Positions 63,564 to 64,000 of a DNA stretch of 64,000 nt are shown in pieces. The notes beneath the pieces are model-generated. The model saw nothing but the letters and a program-made list of their open reading frames with translations, was not told where the DNA came from and searched no databases. The number at the start of each line of letters is the position of its first letter. The stretch's first letter is position 1. Source of the stretch: a bacterium (GTDB lineage: Bacteria > Orphanbacterota > Orphanbacteria > JBJXGV01); contig JBJXGV010000010.1 of assembly GCA_046160485.1 (NCBI GenBank), positions 5,644 through 69,643 on the forward strand, written 5' to 3'. The position numbers and the translations under genes were made by a program.

Positions 63564-64000
63564 TTGGGCATTTCGATCTCAACCGTCAGCATCGTATTGA
63601 TCGCCGCGCAGATCATGCACGCCTCGATCGCGGGAATCGTGCGCGATGCCGAGAGCGGCGCGGCGCTTGCGGGCGCCACGGTTTCGCTCAGCGATATCGA
63701 GCGCGCCGCGACCACCGACGCGGAAGGTCGCTACTCGCTGACCGATGTTTTGCCCGGCCCGCAGCACATCGTTGTGCGGCGCATCGGTTACGCGCCTCAA
63801 ACGTTTCACGCGCTCGTACCGCCCGACGGCGTCGTCGAGATCGGCGTCGCGCTAGAGCGAGCACCCATCGAAATCGGGGCCATCGACGTGAGCGCACCGG
63901 TCGCGGTGCGCGGCCTCGATGACGGCGATAGCGCGATCGATTCCGACCGCGCGGTTTCGCAGGCGGCGATCCGCAATCATCCTCTGGCGTCGGAGCCCGA
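63564..64000 (+). CDS. Carboxypeptidase-regulatory-like domain protein, probable TonB-dependent receptor N-terminus (truncated by window end)
   Basis: Not in track; GGAGAG then TTG 63564; 'IAGIVRDAESGAALAGATV...TDAEGRYSL...PGPQHIVVRRIGY'. Confidence 0.7.
   Translation, partial: MGISISTVSIVLIAAQIMHASIAGIVRDAESGAALAGATVSLSDIERAATTDAEGRYSLTDVLPGPQHIVVRRIGYAPQTFHALVPPDGVVEIGVALERAPIEIGAIDVSAPVAVRGLDDGDSAIDSDRAVSQAAIRNHPLASEP

Overview
High-GC (roughly 70% by eye) bacterial chromosome segment with about 47 probable genes; most long ORFs in the supplied track are GC-driven shadow ORFs. Cell-envelope content (outer-membrane barrels, carboxypeptidase-regulatory/TonB-type domains, C-terminal 'WGxIK' tails) suggests a diderm FCB-group organism such as Ca. 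Eisenbacteria or Krumholzibacteriota (inference). Layout: (1) 1-18 kb: secreted agmatine-deiminase-like protein, two GT-C-type membrane proteins and three ECF sigma/anti-sigma modules, one with a regulon defined by three ATCCG-N15/16-CGTA motifs. (2) 18.2-29.1 kb: a co-oriented defence island. It runs SNF2 helicase, AlbA/HATPase regulator, an unrecognised soluble + 4-TM gene pair (best novel-system candidate), type III Mod, a small ORF built from three 39-bp-periodic palindromes, a DUF4258/DUF2283 pair and type III Res. (3) 29-64 kb: mostly housekeeping genes (long GreA, HerA-like ATPase, MenAT-like pair, ispG, TMTC-like protein, barrel-fused SppA, peptidases, NCS1, DUF1611/epimerase). This part also holds gene relics and a 55-aa zinc-finger/acidic-tail gene missing from the ORF track. 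No rRNA, tRNA, CRISPR array, integrase or transposase was seen.
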